From assembly GCF_020745735.1 (NCBI RefSeq), contig NC_083406.1:46932255-46996254 (forward strand): a stretch of DNA of 64,000 nt. Reading direction: 5' to 3'. A program made the position numbers and the translations under genes. Of this stretch, positions 11,494 through 23,897 are shown piece by piece; position 1 is the stretch's first letter, and every line of letters starts with the position of its first letter. The notes under the pieces were generated by a model that saw nothing but the letters and a program-made list of their open reading frames with translations, ran no database searches and had not been told where the DNA came from. The stretch is from Hemiscyllium ocellatum. Its lineage: Eukaryota.

Positions 11494-12708
11494 CTACCTC
11501 AGTCTCTCACTCTACCGCAAGCCCATGGATTACCTCACAATGCTACACTTGTCTAACTTCTGATCTAAACATATTAAAAAAGCCATCCCCTGCGGACAAG
11601 TCCTATGAATACACAGGATCTGTTCAGGTGAGGAGGAACGTGAGAGAAATCTGATGGTGTCGTAGGACACTCTTGTAAGAATGGGATATGATGCTTAACT
11701 TATTGATCGTAAGTTCTGACATGCCGCAGCAAAAAACTGCAATGACTTCCTACCGATATGGGTTACAACTGATAGGGTACCCTCCATGATCCAGTACTTC
11801 CTGGGAACGGAGAGACTCCGGCATGTTCTTCGCAGCCTACAACACTTTATCGTATCGATGATGATTAGCACCTCGCCAAGGTCTTCCCTATGTCTCCAGT
11901 TCTCACTGTCAAACAACTGCCAAATCTTAAACAGACCATTGTTCGCAGCAAACTGCTCAGCCTTCAGGACAACATTGGTCATAGCACCATACAAGCATGT
12001 CATGGCAACCACTGCAAGACATGACAGATCATCGACATGGATATCACCATTACACATGGGTACACCATCCACCACGTGCATGGAAAATACTCATGTGACT
12101 TGGCCAATCTTGCACACTGTGGGCAAGGATGCTCCAAGGCTTGGTTTTTTTGGTGGAACCATGCAGATGCTATGACAATGGATGAATTGACACCGCGCTG
12201 CAATCACCAGACAAGGATATGCCCTCTCAGCGATCAAGGACATTTAGACTTGGATTTTTGGCTAAACGTCCTCCAAGGCATTCTTCAGAAAACACAACAA
12301 CACAGATTACCGAGGAGAGGCTGACAACCAAGTTCAGTACCCATGAGGACAGCCTCAACTGGGATCTTGGGTTCATGTCGCACTACAGGTGACCCTATCA
12401 CACTGTCCACTCTTACACACTCCCTCACACATAGACACACACTCTCACACACAGACATACGCACACATACACAGACCTTTTCTCATACACAGGCTCTCTT
12501 TCTCACACACACACACACACACATACTCACACTCATATGCACTTATACTCATGCACACACACATACTCTCTCATACTCGCACGTGCTCTGTCTCAAGAAC
12601 ACACACAAACATGTACATACATATACACCCTCATGCTCACACACAGACTCTTTCGAATACATACATCACACATGCACACACATATACTCTTTCACACTTG
12701 CGTGTACA

Positions 12709-12710
<2 letters not shown>

Positions 12711-12790
<80 letters not shown>
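12711..12790. repeat. (AC)40 microsatellite within the CA-rich PLE 3' UTR
   Basis: Uninterrupted AC run; the surrounding 12400-12710 is degenerate CA-rich sequence. Confidence 0.98.
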
Positions 12791-12793
<3 letters not shown>

Positions 12794-12957
12794 TATGGGA
12801 TGAATTTTCATTGGCAGTTATGTATTGCAGATGCATTACATTTTGTTCAAAAACACATAATTTGTCGCCATGATTTGGAGATGCTAGTGTTGGACTGGGG
12901 TGTACAAAGTTAAAAATCACACAACACCAGGTTATAGTCCAACAGGGTTAATTGGAA

Positions 12958-12995
12958 GCATACCAACTTTCAAAGTGACGTTCACTCATCAGATG
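12958..12995 (-). ncRNA. Degenerate hammerhead motif, family B (left arm)
   Basis: Minus strand: CAT CTGATGA gtgaacgtcacttt GAAA GTTGGT. Confidence 0.55.
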
Positions 12996-13931
12996 GTAGT
13001 GGTGGGCTCGATCGTAACACAGAATTTATAGCAAATATTTACAGTGTGATGTAACTGAAATTACACATTGAAAAATTGTTTAACATTGAAAAATTGATTG
13101 TCTATTAAGCCTTTCATCTGTTAGAATACAGTGATAGTTTCACTTCTTTCATGTGTAAATCACAAAACCGTTTTTTAAAAAAAGTTGCATTCTCGGGTTA
13201 GCTGTTAACAATGGTGATAGCTAGACAATATGTTGAAGGTGTTGGCCCCCTGTGTTAGATTTTGATTCTAATCTAAAAAGTAAGATAAGGGAGTTTTACA
13301 TAAATTCATGCAGTTTTTAAGCTCAGAGTTCTACATGAATGCATGCAGTTTTTGGGCAAAGTACAATGTAACCCTGCAAGTACAAATTCACCCCAAAAAA
13401 TATGTGTGTGCATATGGGTCTTTGTCTGTCTATGTGTGTGTGTCTGTCTGGGCTGGGGGTTGTGAGTGTGAGAAAGTGTATGTGTGTGTGTAGCGAGTGC
13501 AGAGTGTCTTAAGTCTGCGAGGGGATGCATGTGTGAGTGTGGGAATGTGTGTGTCTGTAAGGGTGTGTGTGGGTGTCTGTGTGCGTGTCTGTGTGTATGT
13601 GTGTATGTGTGTATAAGAGTGCCTGTGTGTGTGCGAGAGTGTGCGTGTGTAGGAATATTTGTGTGTGTGTGTGTAGTGCAATGGTGATCACCTGTAATGT
13701 GACATGAACCCAAGGGCCCGGTTGAGGCCCTCCCTATGGGTACCAAACTTTGCTATCAGCCTCTGCTTGGCTACGTTTCTCTGCTGCCTGTCCCGAAGTC
13801 CACCTTGGAGGATGGTCACCCCAAGATCCGAGGCTGAATGTCCTGGACCACTGAGGTGTTCCTCAACTGGGCGGGAACCCTCCTGTCTGTTGATTGTTGT
13901 GCGGAGCCCATTCATCTGTTGTAGCCTTTGC

Positions 13932-15219
13932 CAATCTGCAAACAACTGCCAGTCTCTAAACACCATCCTACAACTCATCCACTTTATCCTCGATCATAAC
14001 GTCTTCACCTTTGACAACCAATTCTTCATCCAAACACATGGAACAGCCATGGGGACCAAATTTGCACCCCAATATGCCAACATTTTTATGCACAGGTTCG
14101 AAAAGACTTCTTCTCTATGCAGGATCTCCAACCAACTTTGTACACCAGGTACATTGATGACATTTTCTTCCCCTGGACCCATAGCGAGGAGTCACTGATA
14201 AAACTACACAGTGACATCAACAAGTTTCATCCCAACATCAAACTCACCATGGATTACTCTCCACTATCTGTCTCATTCTTGGACACTTGCATCTCCATCA
14301 AGGATGGACACCTCAGCACCACACTCTACTGCAAACCCACAGACAATGTCACAATGCTACACTTCCCAAGCTTCCACCCAAAACATATTAAAATAGCCAT
14401 CCCCTATGGATAAGCCCTATGCATACATCGGATCTGCTCAGATGAGGAGGAACATGACGGATACCGAGAAGTACTCAAGGATGCCTTCACAAGAACGGGG
14501 TACGAAGCGCAACTCATCGACTGCCAGTTCCAAAGTGCGACAGCAAGGAACTGTAATGACTTCCGCAGGAGACAGACACGTGCTGCAACCGACAGGGTAC
14601 CCTTCATTGTTCAGTAGTTCCCAGGAGCTGAAAAATTACACCATGTTCTTCATGACCTGTAACACATTATTAATGAGGATGAGCACCTCATCAAGACCTT
14701 CCCCCCACCTACACTACTTGCCTTGAAACAACCGCCAAACCTCAAACAGATCGTTGTTCGTAGCAAGCTGCCCGGCTCTCAGGACAACTCCATACAATCC
14801 TGTCATGGTAGATGCTGCAAGACGTGTCAGAGTGTGGACATAGATACCACCATTACGTGTGGGGACACCTCCCACCTTGTACATGGCAGGTACTCATGTG
14901 ACTCAGCAAATGTTGTCTATCTTATACGTTGCAGGCAAGGATGCCCGGGGCATGGTACATTGGGGAAACCGAGCAAAGGCTACGGCAACAGATGAATGGG
15001 CTCCGCACAACAATCAACAGACAGGAGGGTTCCCTCCCAATTGGGGAACACCTCAGTGGTCCAGGACATTCAGCCTCGGAACTTCGGGTGACCATCCTCT
15101 AAGGTGGACTTCGGGATAGGCAGCAGAGAAACGTGGCTGAGCAGAGGCTGATAGCTAAGTTCGGTACCCATAGGGAGGGCCTCAACGGGAACCTTGGGAT
15201 CATGTCACATTACAGGTGA
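13932..15219 (+). pseudogene. PLE polyprotein remnant: RT motifs B'-E, Cys-rich linker, GIY-YIG endonuclease (frameshifted)
   Basis: NVFTFDNQFFIQTHGTAMGTKFAPQYANIFM; YTRYIDDIFF; SVSFLDT; CHGRCCKTC; SCDSANVVYLIRC; WYIGETEQRLR; EQRLIAKFGTHREGLN. Confidence 0.93.
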
Positions 15220-15919
15220 CCACCATGACACTATATACACACACACACACACACACGGACAGATACTCCTACACACACACACACTCGCACACACACACAG
15301 GCACTCCTATACACACATACACACAGACGCGTACACAGACACCCACACACACCCTTACAGACACACACACTCCCACACTCACACATGCACCCCCTCACAG
15401 ACTTAAGACACTCTGCATTCGCTACACACACATTCACTTTCTCACACTCACAACCCCCAACCCAGACAGACACACACACATAGACAGACAAAGACCCATA
15501 TGCACACATATATTTTGTGGGATGAATTTGTACTTTCAGGGTTATATTGTACTTTGCTCAAAAACTGCATGCATTCATGTAGAACTCTGAGCTTAAAAAC
15601 TGCATGAATTTATGTAAAACTCCGTTATCTCACTTTTTAAGATTAGAATCAATCTAAACATCATGGTATAGACAGAGAACACAGGCGGCCAACACCTTCA
15701 ACATATTGTCTAGCTATCACCATTGTTAACAGCTAACCCGAGAATGCAACTTTTTTTAAAAAAGGTTTTGTGATTTACATATGAAAGAAGTGAAACTATC
15801 ACTGCATTCTAACAGATGAAAGGCTTAACAGATAATCAACTTTTCAATGTATAATTTCAATTACATCACACTGTAAATTTTTGCTATAAATTCTGTATTA
15901 CGATCGAGCCCTCCACTAC

Positions 15920-15954
15920 CACCTGATGAGCGAGCGTCGCTCTGAAAGTTGGTA
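15920..15954 (+). ncRNA. Hammerhead motif, family B (right arm), altered cleavage region
   Basis: CAC CTGATGA GC GAGC gtc GCTC T GAAA GTTGGT. Confidence 0.65.
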
Positions 15955-17139
15955 TGCTTCCAATTAGCCCTGTTGGACTATAACCTGGTGTTGTGTGATT
16001 TCTAACATAATTGGTCGACAGTCAGTCAATGTAGCATTTTATAAATTCCTACTTTGAAAGTAAAACCAGTCTGACTCCAGGTTAAGACACAAATAGATTC
16101 TCAACAAGGCCTCACACTTGAAATGCATTACTGACCTGAGATGTCATCTCTTTTATACTGATAAAATCTCAAATTATCTCACATCAGTGACTTGAAAGAA
16201 TTTCTGGGATTTGCATATTAATCAATCAAAACTGCATCCCCATTCTAAATGATTAAAGACTCAACAACCAATTTAGGTTTGTTCACATCAATTGTATGAC
16301 CCTTTAATCTTTTACGTATAAATCCTGCGTCTGATGTCTCCTCTCTGACTAACACCTGAAGAAGGAGTGAGACTCCCAAGGCTTGTGTTTACAAATAAAC
16401 CTGTTGGACTATAACCTGATGTTGTGTGATTTTGAGCAGGTTGAAAACAGAATGTGGGTTAATCCTTTTGCCAGTTCCCTTGAGCTAACAAATGTTGCTC
16501 CCCATAACCTTCTCGGGGAAGTAAAATTAAAACAGATTTTACAGCCATCCATGTAGTTTTTCCTGTGTTTTTGAAATCTTAAGAATTCATTTTTTGTATT
16601 TCTGATTGTTTTGACTGTAGTGCCCCCATTTACATGATTGTTTTTTAGTTACATTCCAAAGAAGGAACGAAAGGTATGAAAGCAGAATTTAAAGGAACGG
16701 GAATTGCTGACAGGTCTGATCATATAGGACTGGAAAGAAAGAGCTAACATACAGTTTTCCATCAGATCCTGCCTCAGACACAAGATAGCAGAAGCAGGTA
16801 GGTTGAGGACAACTTGTTCCTCAGGTCCTCAAGAGGATATATTTCTCTAAGAATAGCAGAGCAGTGCACATTACTGGGCAAAACCATCCCAGACCTATTA
16901 AAGACAAAGTCTGAGCCAACCAACAGGGCTCTTCAAAACACTTGCAAATTGAAATATAAAACAGAAGCAGCTAATTGAAGGGAAAATTTGGAACACCATT
17001 ACTGAGCTTGTTAACATCTGCAATTCTCAAATATTATTGCTGCTGATGGACTGAGGGCGTAAAAAATCACTTTTTATCATCATTTAGGTTTTGTGTCCCC
17101 CTTCTCTGCATTTTTCTTTATGATCAGAGCTCTAACTCC

Positions 17140-17785
17140 ACATCCTCAAAGTTTCTAAGACTGCCTACTATCACCCCTGCAAAATCTAATTCTGATTCTC
17201 AGCCCATTTCAGTCTATCTGCTGCTGAACTCCTCACCCTTGTTTTGTTCCCTCCAAATTCTCCAGCATAGGCTGCCATTCCACACAACAAACGAACCACT
17301 CCGGCCCCTAAACTCCTGACCACTGTGCTCTTCTCTAAACTTGATTTCATTTAAAATTCTGATGTTCACATCCACATTTGCTTCGACGTATGTTTACCTG
17401 TACCCAGGTTCACCATGATCTATATTGGCTTCTGGTCATGCAATGCATTGTTTTTAAAATTTTCATCCCTCTCTTTAAATTCCTCCATGGTTTCACCACT
17501 TACTATTGATGAAATATTCTTTAGTTCTATTATTATATTGGACATCCTCAATCTCATCTTCTATTTGCGGTTATGCTTTAAGCCAGTTGATTACTAAGTT
17601 CTGGCATTCCCTCTCTTGACCTCCTTGTTTCTCTATTCTCTGTACAATCCTTAAACCTTACCACTTTGACCAAAGATTTGATCAGATTCCCTAGTGTATC
17701 TTTATCTGACTTGACATCAATATGTCGCACTTCACGCTTCTATGAAGCAGCCCAGGACATTTTGCAACTCTGATGTTGTTGTGTT
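17140..17785 (+). mobile_element. Degenerate L2 LINE 3' region
   Basis: ctggcattccct...ccttaaaccttaccactttgaccaaagatttgatca...tatgaagcagcccaggacattt...gttgttg. Confidence 0.55.
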
Positions 17786-17874
17786 GGCTTTTGTTTTCCT
17801 CCCTTCTCTCTGTTACTATTTTCACTCTATTCATAGAATGTGTTGTTAGCATTTGTTTCCTTTTCCAAATTACT

Positions 17875-18140
17875 CTAGAGAAGATGGTGGTGAGATGCCT
17901 TCTTCAATTGCTGCAGTCTTTGTGGTGTTGGCAACTGAGTATCACATTAGGAAGTGAGTTCCAGGATTTTGACACAGCAACACTGAAGGACTGATGATAT
18001 TTCTCCAAGACAAAGTGGTGAGTGACTTGGAGGGGAGCTTGCAAGTGGGATTGTTCCCTTGTATCTGCTGCTTTTGCCCTTCTAGATAGTAGTGGCTGTG
18101 GGTTTGGAAGGTACTATCGAAGGAGCCTGGGTGAGTTGTT
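17875..18140 (-). mobile_element. Second copy of the 2822-3236 LINE 3' end
   Basis: gagttccaggattttgac...gatatttctccaag...gtatctgctgc..ttgcccttctagat.gtagtggctgtgggtttggaagg aligns with 2960-3110. Confidence 0.75.
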
Positions 18141-19260
18141 ATTTCTCAGTTTCCATCATTATATGAAAGCTTTATTTGTCAGTGTCCAAGATAGATTGGA
18201 TTGTGATATTTGGTTGGCATGGAGGGGTTAATCCGAAGGGTCTGTTTCCATGCTGGAAATCTCTATGACTCTATATTCAAAGCCTTGATATTCACGGCAA
18301 TGCAGTGTAGGTGAGTGGCAGTAATAAAGGACTGTATAGTCAGGGGACAGATAGATTTTTTCTTTGACTGTGGTTGAGACAGCAGGGTGATGTAATTGCC
18401 TCCCATGGTGCCAGGGACAAGGATAACTCTGAGCAGAAACAGGATAGTCTGAAAAGGGGCTGGGGGGGGAAGGGTGGGGGGGAGGGGCAGGGATGGTGAA
18501 CAGCCAGAGGTTGTCATTTGAATTAGTACTAATGACAGAGGCAGGAAAAGAGATGAGGTCCTGCAAAGGAAATTTAGAGAGTTAAGTAGAAGGTTAAAAA
18601 TCAACACCTTGAGGATTGTAATCATGAGATTACTCCCTGTGCCATGTGCTAGTGAGGCCAGAACTAGGAAGTTGAGAGGGTTGAATGTGTGATTAGAGAG
18701 CTGATGTAGGAGGGATAGTTTCAGGTGTCTGGGTCTTTGGTATTTCTTCCAGGACAAGATAGGTCTATGCAAGAAGGTTAGTTGCACCAAAATTGGAGGG
18801 GCACCAATAACCTTGCAGGGAGGTTTACTAATGCTACTTAGGAGATTTTAAACTAGTAATGTGGGGTTTGGAACTACAGCAGTAGGTCAGTATGTGCATC
18901 GATTGAGGAGAATGTAGAGGTTAAGTCAGAATAAGTCTAATAGGAAGAACAAGTAGGCCAGGTAAATGAACACAATGGGACTGGCAGTCTGAAATATATT
19001 TATTTTAATGCAAGGCGTTTAACAGGTAAGGCAGATGGGTTTAGAGCTTGGATTTGTACATGGAACCAAGATGTTGTAGCCATTATGGAAGCTTGGTTAA
19101 GTGAAGGGCAGGACTGGCAGATCAAAGTTCCATGATATAGATGTTCCCAGGCATGATAGAGAGGCAAGTAAACAGGATGAAGGAGTTACATTACTGATTA
19201 GGAGAATCAGTTGAACTAAGAGTGGACTCATCCACTGAGGCTGCATGGATAGAACTCAGA

Positions 19261-20003
19261 TTCTAGATTAGAGTGGTGCTGGAAAAGCACAGCAGTTCAG
19301 GCAGCATCGGAGGAGCAGGAAAATCGACGTTTCAGGCAAAAGCCCTTCATCAGGAATAGAGGCAGAGTGCCTGCAGGGTGGAGAGATAAATGAGAGGATG
19401 GTGGGTGTGCAGAGAAAGTAGCATAGAGTACAATGGGTGAATGGGGTGGGGATGGAGGTGATAGGTCAGGGAGGAAGGTGGGGGGAAGGTAGCAAAGAGT
19501 ACAGTGGGTGAATGGGGGTGGGGATGAAGGTGATAGATCAGGGAGGAGGGTGGAATGGATAGGTGGAAAGAAAGATAGGCAGGTAGGACAAGTCACGGGG
19601 ACAGTGCTGAGCTGGAAGTTTGGAGCTGGGGTGAGGTGGGAGAAGGGGAAATGAGGAAACTGGTGAAGTCCACATTGATGCCCTGGGGTTGAAGTGTTCC
19701 GAGGTGTAAGATGAGGCGTTCTTCCCCCAGGCCTCAGGTGGTGAGGGAGCGGCTTTGAAGGAGGCTCAGGACCTCTATGTCCTTGGCTGAGTGGGAGGGG
19801 CCCCCAACGCCTCATCTTCACCATGGATATCCAATCCCTCTACACCTCCATCTGCCATGACCAGGGCCTCCAAGCCCTCCATTTCTTACTCTCCCGACAT
19901 CCCCAACAGTATCCTTCCACCGACACTCTCATTCATTTGGCTGAACTGGTCCTCACCGTCAGCAATTTCTCCTTCGAATCCTCCCACTTCCTCCAGATCA
20001 AAA
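19261..20003. mobile_element. Family A PLE with 5' inversion: minus-strand 3' end (19261-19800) joined to a plus-strand RT fragment (19801-20003)
   Basis: The minus part matches 2300-2776; the plus part gives LIFTMDIQSLYTSI.HDQGLQAL...LAELVLT..NFSFESSHFLQIK (PLE RT motifs A-B). Confidence 0.9.
19323..19356 (-). ncRNA. Minimal hammerhead ribozyme motif, family A
   Basis: Minus strand: TTC CTGATGA A GGGC tttt GCCT GAAAC GTC GAT. Confidence 0.8.
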
Positions 20004-21364
20004 GGAGAAACAAATATGTCAGCAGATGAAGGCAAGATGTAAAAACAACAGGGTTGGTGTGGTTAAGTGATTTTAGCTTACTAATATTAATTGGGACCCT
20101 GTTAGTCTTAGGAGCTTAGTTGGGGCAGAACTTGGTCAGGGCATCCAGGAGGGTTTCTTGAAACAATACGTAGATAGTTGAATTAGGGAAGGGACCATAC
20201 CAGATGTACTAAAGAACGAGCCGCATACATTTTTTCAGAAGTTTCAGAGGGAACAGCATTTTGGGAACAGTGTTATGATACTCATGGATAGAAAAAGACT
20301 GGTCCTTGAATGAAAGTCCTAAATTGGACGAAGGCTAATTATAACAGTATTAGACAGAAACTATAAAAATTAGATTGGAGGGTGTCTATTTGAGGGTAAA
20401 TCCACATCTGACATGTACAAGTTTTATAACGGCCAGTTGATCAGAGTTCAGGACCAGCATGTTTCTGTGAGGATGAAAGATAAAGGTGACAATTCATGAA
20501 CTCTGGATGGCAAGAGATATTACAAGGTTTGTCAAAAAGCAAAATGAATCACATCTAATGTTCAAGGCCCTTGAGGAACATAAAAGAAGGAAGAAAGAGC
20601 TTAGACAAAGAATTAGGAGAGCTGAAATGGGCCGCAAGATATACTTGGCAAGTAGAATTATGGAGCATTTTAGGGCATTTGATACGTAGATTAGGAGCAA
20701 GAGGGTAGCCAGGAAAGGGTAGGTGCACTAGAGAATTCATGTCTGATGGTAGAGAAAATGGGTGGGGTCCTTATTGAATGCTTCACTTTGTTGTTCACCA
20801 ACAAGAAGGACATGGATGATGGTCAGATTAGGGAGGGGTATGTTGATATTTGAGGGCACATCGATATTAAGGAGAAAGAAGTGCTGAGAGTCTTGGAAAA
20901 GCATTCAGGCAGTTAGGTCCTCATGGTCTGATGCAATCCATTCCAAGGTATTCAGGGAGGCAGGGAAGAGATTGCTGGTGAATTGATAGAGATCTTTATA
21001 ATTTAGAATGTTAAATGCAAGAGGAAAGTATGCAGTAAATAGTATATATGGGGCATTGACATACAGAGGACTCTGCTCCCTGAAAGCGGCAACACCAGTG
21101 CATAAGGAGTTATAGAAAGCATGCAGCATACTTGCCTTCATCAGTTGAGACATTGAGTGTAAACATTGGCAAGTCATGTTGCAGCTGTATAAAACTTTAG
21201 CTCGGCCATATTTGGAATCTAGTAGGCAGTTCTGGTTGACCCACTACAGGAAGGATGCTGAGATTTTGAAGATTGTGAAAAAGAGTTATTACAAGGATTA
21301 TTTGTTCCTGGGATGTGGGCATCACTGGCTCGACAGCATTTATTGCCTATCTTTAATTGGTCCT

Positions 21365-23215
21365 TCTAAACTCTGTCCCAGACCCAGATTTCTGAACTAC
21401 ATCTCATATGACAAGCCCATCATCCCTGGGGTTATTCTTGGTAACCTCCTCTGAACCTGTCCAACTCCAGCATTACTTAGATAAAGGGCTCAAAACTGCT
21501 CACATTTTCCAAATGTGGTCTGACTATAGCTTTATACAGTCTCAGTAGTACATCTCTGTTCTTGTTTTCTAGCCCTCTTGTAATGAATGTCAACATTGCA
21601 TTTGCCTTCCTATCCGCCAAGCAAATGTGCAAGTTAACCTTAAAAGAATTCCAAGTTAGGACTCCCAAATCTCTTTGCATTCCAGATTCCCGAAACCTTT
21701 CGCCATTTAACAATTAGTCTATGCGTCTGTTCTTCCTACCACAATATATAACCTCACAATTTACTACATTGTATTTGATCTGTTACTTCTTTGCCCATTT
21801 GCCTAGCATATCCTCTGCAGTCTCCCCATTTCCTCAACACTAACTGACCCTCCACCTACTTCTGTGTCATCTGCAAACTTAACAACAAATGCCCTCAGTT
21901 TCTTTGTCCAGATCATTAATGTGTCACGTGAACAGTTGTGTCCCAACACTGACTCCTGCAGAATTCCACTAGTCATTGGCTACCATCCTAAAATAGACAC
22001 CTTTATCCATACTTTCTGCTTTCTACCAGTTAGCCAATCCTCTGTCCATATCAGTACTTTACTCCTAACTTTACTGTTATCTTATTTAGCAGTCTCTGTG
22101 CAGCATCTTGTCAAAGCTTCTGAAAATCCAAGTAGATGATGGCCACTACCACACCTTTGTCTAATCTGCTCATCACGTCCTCAAAGAATTCTACTATAGA
22201 GTTAGGATGTCATGTGACAACTGTACAAGACATTGCTAAGGCCACACTTGGAGTACTGCATCCAATTCTGGTCACCCTGCTATAGGAAGGATGTTATTAA
22301 ACTGGTAAGGATGCAAAACAGATTTACAAGGATATTACAGACACTGGAAAGTTTCAGTTGTAAGAAAAGGCTGGATAAGCTGAGACCTTTTACAGTGGAG
22401 GATTGGAGGCTGAAGGGTGACCTCATCGAGATTTATAAAATCATGAGGGACATAGATAAGGTGAATAGCCAAGTTCTTTTCCCCAGGGTAGGGGAGTCCA
22501 AAACTAGAGGCCATAGGTTTAAAGTGAGAGGGGAAAGATTTAAAAGGGACCTAAGGGGCAACTTTTTCGCACAGAGTGTGGTGAATGTATGGAATAAGCT
22601 GCCAAAGGAAGTGGTAGAGGCAGGTACAATTACAACATTTAAAAGTTATTTAGCATGTATATGGATAGGGAAGGTCTAGAGGGCTATGGGTCAAATACAG
22701 GCAAATGAGACTAGTTCAGTTGAGGAAATCTGGTCAGCACAGACTAAGGTGTATTTCCATGGTGTTTCCCTTTATGACTCTATTTGTCAGGTATGACCTC
22801 CCATTGATGAAGCTGTGATGATTCTGCCCTATTTTAACCTTGCATTTCCATGCATGCCATTTTCGCATCCTTAATAATGAACTGTAAAATTTTAACAATG
22901 ATTGAGGTCAGGCTAACCAGCCTATAGTTTCCTGTCTTCTACCTTCCTCCCTGCCTAAATAGAGGTGCTACATTCACCATTTTCCAGTCTTCTGGGACCC
23001 TCCCTAACTCCAGTGATTCCTGAAAAATTACCATCAATGCCTGTACAATCCCCTTAGCTATCTCCTTCAGAACTCTGGTCTGGGTGATTTATCCATCTTC
23101 AGGTCTTTCACCTTTCCCAAGACCTTTTGTTTAATGATGGCCACTACACTTACCTCAGCTCCCAACTCTCTTGAAGTTCTGATATGTTGCTGATGTCTTC
23201 CACTGTGAAAACTGA
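21365..23215 (-). mobile_element. CR1 RT fragment interrupted by an antisense HER1 insertion
   Basis: ORF 21477-21713 gives QRDLGVL..KANAML.FI.RGLE.KNRDVLLRLYKA.VRPHLE; the sequence resumes at ~22784 (ttgtcaggtatgacctccc). Confidence 0.85.
22192..22783 (+). mobile_element. HER1/CR1 3' fragment
   Basis: ORF 22233-22679 gives RPHLEYCIQFWSP...RLKGDLIE.YKIM...TRGHRFKV..WNKLP; tatgactctat tail. Confidence 0.93.
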
Positions 23216-23239
23216 GAAAATTCAGTTGAGTGAAGCTTT

Positions 23240-23520
23240 AACATCCAGTAGAAAGGACTGCTTACTCCACCTTCACATCATAGCCCACCTCAGTCTAATC
23301 TCCAACCAACAGTCACTAAAGCCTGCTCTTAATTCTGAACTTGACTATTCCATTTTGTTCCTGCTTAACTTTACATTTTCCATCTGAATAATCTTGAGGC
23401 CATACTACTTCCCATGTATTTTTCTACATCGAACTCAGCTAACTTATCGCCCTGTTGACCCAGATTGGTTCTGATCCACCAAACTGATGACATATTAATT
23501 CTTATGTTATTTTTAAAAAT
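23240..23520 (+). mobile_element. L2 RT C-terminal remnant
   Basis: ALNSELDYSILFL resembles the L2 motif AFVTSRLDYSNALL. Confidence 0.5.
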
Positions 23521-23529
23521 CAGTGCATA

Positions 23530-23897
23530 GTTTTCACTCCACTGGTGTCAAAATAGAGTCAAATCCCACAAATCAATTAAGTCTAAATTTGAAAGCTACT
23601 GATCATGAAACAATTGTCAATTAAAATAAATACTATCCGATTTATAAATGCAAGTCAAATCTGCTTCACATAGCTGATCTAGTCAAAATCACCACTCTCT
23701 CATTAGCAAGTTTAACCTGAGGGTCAGCATACCTTAGGTGAGGTTGAGAAGGACCCACTTCACACCCTAAGCAATGTAGTAGACTCAACTCTTCTCTGAA
23801 AGGTCCTCCCCCAACCATTGAATTAAGGGCAATTGGGGATGTGTACCAAAAGTTGCCTTGCTGGTGATATATCACATGAAAAAATAAAGGGAAAAAA
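23530..23897 (+). mobile_element. Decayed SINE sharing its tail with the 2822-3236 LINE
   Basis: gatcatgaaacaattgtc...gcaatgtagtagactc...ctctgaaagg...aagggcaattggggatg...cacatgaaaaaataaa. Confidence 0.55.

Larger units (their letters stand above)
12871..16004. mobile_element. Younger Neptune-type PLE with ~1 kb inverted terminal arms and a 16-bp TSD
   Basis: 12909-13931 is the reverse complement of ~14973-16006; ACATAATT(T/G)GTCG(C/A)CA is at 12855-12870 and 16005-16020; the left arm has a ~38 nt extra tail (12871-12908). Confidence 0.92.
11260..16437 (+). mobile_element. Older Neptune-type PLE (family B): RT thumb, GIY-YIG and CA-rich 3' UTR, interrupted at 11375-11493 and 12871-16004
   Basis: Decayed FYPTI.LTMDYS..SVSFLDT.IS, LYRKP, KAIPCGQ, CHGNHCKT and GKYSCDLAN motifs; the 3' UTR resumes at 16005 and ends with a hammerhead-like motif (16353-16387) and aataaacctgttggactataacctg. 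Confidence 0.8.
18290..21295 (+). mobile_element. Long decayed CR1 LINE: ORF1 SGNH-esterase domain (~18310-18840), ORF2 APE endonuclease and RT pieces
   Basis: IVRGTDR..DSRV..CLP.GA, QPEVV..TND..RKRDEVLQRKFREL, LLPVP.ASEARTRK; YFNAR.LTGKAD..RAWI, WLSEGQDWQ; LQLYKTLARPYLE. Interrupted by a PLE at 19261-20003. Confidence 0.85.

Noticed and set aside
12343-15590. Long His/Thr-rich and Val/Cys-rich ORFs
   Set aside because: Translations of CA/TG microsatellite-like PLE 3' UTRs, not proteins.
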